Source of the DNA: a virus
Length of the DNA stretch: 62,946 nt
IMG/VR virus record: IMGVR_UViG_3300045988_087398
Reading direction: 5' to 3' (one strand)
The translations under genes were made by a program, and so were the position numbers. The notes below the pieces were generated by a model. It searched no databases. It was not told the DNA's origin and was given only the letters and a program-made list of their open reading frames with translations. Positions 61,344 to 62,946 of this stretch are shown here, in pieces; position 1 is the first letter of the stretch; each line of letters begins with the position of its first letter.

Positions 61344-61501
61344 GTAATGATATTTCCAGTATGTACACGAAAGATAGAAACATAAGAACCGGACGTAAAG
61401 GTTACGGTCAATGGAAGCATGAAAAAGAAGACGCTATCCGTCCAGCTGATTATGGTAATTATATTCTTGAGAAAAAGAGAGGTAAGAAGAAATGTGGTTA
61501 A
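61340..61501 (+). CDS. Small basic protein (53 aa)
   Basis: ATGA overlap with the upstream gene. GAAGGAGAGG RBS. Confidence 0.45.
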   Translation: MSNDISSMYTKDRNIRTGRKGYGQWKHEKEDAIRPADYGNYILEKKRGKKKCG

Positions 61502-61671
61502 TCGGGTTTGTTGTGGTGCTTATTATATGGCTTGGTTTCTACATTGAAGAATCTATCATGCATTATTTAACTGGTGTAAGCATCTTAGATCAGATTAAAA
61601 AATGGCTAAGAATACAAAGCCCTAGTGGGCGTATGAGTAGTGATTGTAAGGAGATAAAAAGAGATGATTAA
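61492..61671 (+). CDS. Small membrane protein (59 aa; below ORF-track cutoff)
   Basis: MWLIGFVVVLIIWLGFYI... Overlaps both neighbouring genes. The frame was checked codon by codon. Confidence 0.4.
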   Translation: MWLIGFVVVLIIWLGFYIEESIMHYLTGVSILDQIKKWLRIQSPSGRMSSDCKEIKRDD

Positions 61672-61924
61672 ATTAAGAGATTTATTACAACATTGTAGTT
61701 GTGATGTTTATATTTTTGGAAATGGTAACTGTCCATGCCCAGAAATAAAACTTCCAAAACCGCTTGTGAAGGCGGAAAAATATTTGAATGCCGATATTTT
61801 GAATCGGGGTGTGCGGAATATATCCGTATACAATGATCATTTGCAGGTTTGGCTGGAGGATAAATCTATTCAAGACGTTGTTGATTCTAAGTTGAAAGAA
61901 ATGGAGGATGAAAGTAATGAGTAA
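61664..61924 (+). CDS. Small hypothetical protein (MIKLxDLL family, paralog of 508..705)
   Basis: AAGGAGA RBS. MIKLRDLL...LQVWLED. Confidence 0.55.
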   Translation: MIKLRDLLQHCSCDVYIFGNGNCPCPEIKLPKPLVKAEKYLNADILNRGVRNISVYNDHLQVWLEDKSIQDVVDSKLKEMEDESNE

Positions 61925-62654
61925 TATGTTAGATTGGGCTAAAAAGGAAGTTGAAATTGCATGTAAGAAAGAAAATCCAAACAGAAAAGATGGAGAGTTT
62001 GATTATGGATGTGCCTGTTACGAGAGCGCATTAAAAGCTTTTCAAAGCTTATGCGAAGATGATCATTCTGGTTTCAGTATTAGAATGACTCAGGCGATAT
62101 TGAATCGGCTCATAAATGGTAAACCATTAACACCGATTGAGGATACCGACGAGGTATGGAGTGATATTTCTGATATGAGTGGTCTGAAGGGAGAAGAGCG
62201 TAACTATCAGTGCAAACGCATGTTTTCCTTATTTAAGTATGTATATGCTGACGGAACTGTCAAGTACAAGGATAATAACCATTCATACTGTGTCAGCATT
62301 CATAACTGCAATGATACATATTCTTTTGTAATGGTTGAAAGAATTATTGACGAGATGTTTCCTATAACAATGCCGTATATGCCAGGAAAACCAATCGAAG
62401 TTTATTGCGAAGATTTCTTAACAGATAAAAAGAACGGCGATTTTGATACTGTCGGAGTGTTCTATGCGCTGAAAACAGAGGATGGTAAACAGGAGAAGAT
62501 TGAGATTAATAGATTCTTCAGAGAACCAGAAGGCGATGAAGAGGGTAACTGGACTGAGATATCTAAGGAAGAATATTACGAGAGGAAGGAGAGACAGATA
62601 ACTGCTGCTGATATTTCAAGAGAGATTAAAGAAGCAATGGAGGATGAGAAGTAA
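61917..62654 (+). CDS. Hypothetical protein (245 aa)
   Basis: GGAGGA RBS 10 nt upstream of ATG 61917. Confidence 0.55.
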   Translation: MSNMLDWAKKEVEIACKKENPNRKDGEFDYGCACYESALKAFQSLCEDDHSGFSIRMTQAILNRLINGKPLTPIEDTDEVWSDISDMSGLKGEERNYQCKRMFSLFKYVYADGTVKYKDNNHSYCVSIHNCNDTYSFVMVERIIDEMFPITMPYMPGKPIEVYCEDFLTDKKNGDFDTVGVFYALKTEDGKQEKIEINRFFREPEGDEEGNWTEISKEEYYERKERQITAADISREIKEAMEDEK

Positions 62655-62747
62655 ATGTAATTGAAGCTATATAGAGTCATAACTCGAGTTCATTTTAATG
62701 AGTGGATTCGAGTTATTTTTATGCATAGTCAAGAAAGGAGATAAACC

Positions 62748-62946
62748 ATGAAAAAATATGAATTAACAAATGAAACAATCGAATATAAAGGAAAAAAATT
62801 ATATAGAATTAAGGCTCTAATTGATTTTGGAAATGTAGAAAAAGGAGCTCGTGGTGGGTTCGTTGAAAAAGAGGAAAATCTTAGTATGTCTGGTAATGCT
62901 TGGGTATGTGATAATGCTTGGGTATGTGATAATGCTCGGGTATGTG
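62748..62946 (+). CDS. 5' part of the hexapeptide-repeat protein gene (continues at nt 56 of the window across the circular junction)
   Basis: AAAGGAGA RBS. MKKYELTNETIEYKGKKLYRIKAL...GNAWVCDNAWVCDNARVC, in frame with 1..465. Confidence 0.7.
   Translation, partial: MKKYELTNETIEYKGKKLYRIKALIDFGNVEKGARGGFVEKEENLSMSGNAWVCDNAWVCDNARVC

Larger units (their letters stand above)
1..62946 (+). mobile_element. Complete temperate siphovirus-like phage genome, circularly closed assembly (unit length 62,891 bp)
   Basis: nt 62892..62946 identical to nt 1..55. Full packaging, head, tail, lysis, integration and replication modules are present. Near-unidirectional dense coding with AGGAGG RBSs. Confidence 0.85.

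Overview
The window is a complete genome of a temperate siphovirus-type phage of a low-GC Firmicutes host (AGGAGG-type RBSs, GH25/CW_7/LysM lysin). It is circularly closed: nt 62892..62946 are identical to nt 1..55, giving a unit length of 62,891 bp. All genes lie on the + strand except a tyrosine integrase. Layout: 0.5-6.6 kb holds small early genes, an XRE regulator behind a CTTGCA operator cluster, and two nucleases. 6.6-9.6 kb is a 991-aa protein with a beta-prime/RdRP-like GADFDGD barrel signature, a candidate YonO-like RNA polymerase. 9.85-10.1 kb is a GC-rich cos-like gap. 10.1-36.4 kb is packaging, head, tail and lysis: HNH, TerL, portal, protease-capsid fusion, major tail protein, chaperones, a displaced lysin, a 2280-aa tape measure, Dit, tail fiber and holin. 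36.4-39.5 kb is attP, integrase and small regulators. 39.5-49.9 kb is a hyperplastic accessory region. 49.9-57.8 kb is replication, with an SF3 helicase + AEP primase + PolB fusion of 1396 aa and an SF2 helicase. 57.9-62.9 kb is more small genes. The most unusual feature is a 28-nt fixed-geometry element, TTCGCG-N14-TATTATGA, present 17 times. Thirteen copies lie in 39.5-45.9 kb, usually fused to the T-tract of the preceding terminator. Each heads a tiny gene, many encoding 22-70 aa single-pass membrane proteins. Six of these genes end in a shared hairpin, four of which carry the stop codon in the loop. Identical promoter/leader and terminator boundaries flank unrelated ORFs 40 kb apart, which points to cassette shuffling like the T4 PeSL elements. 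All functional calls rest on by-eye motif recognition; no database search was run.
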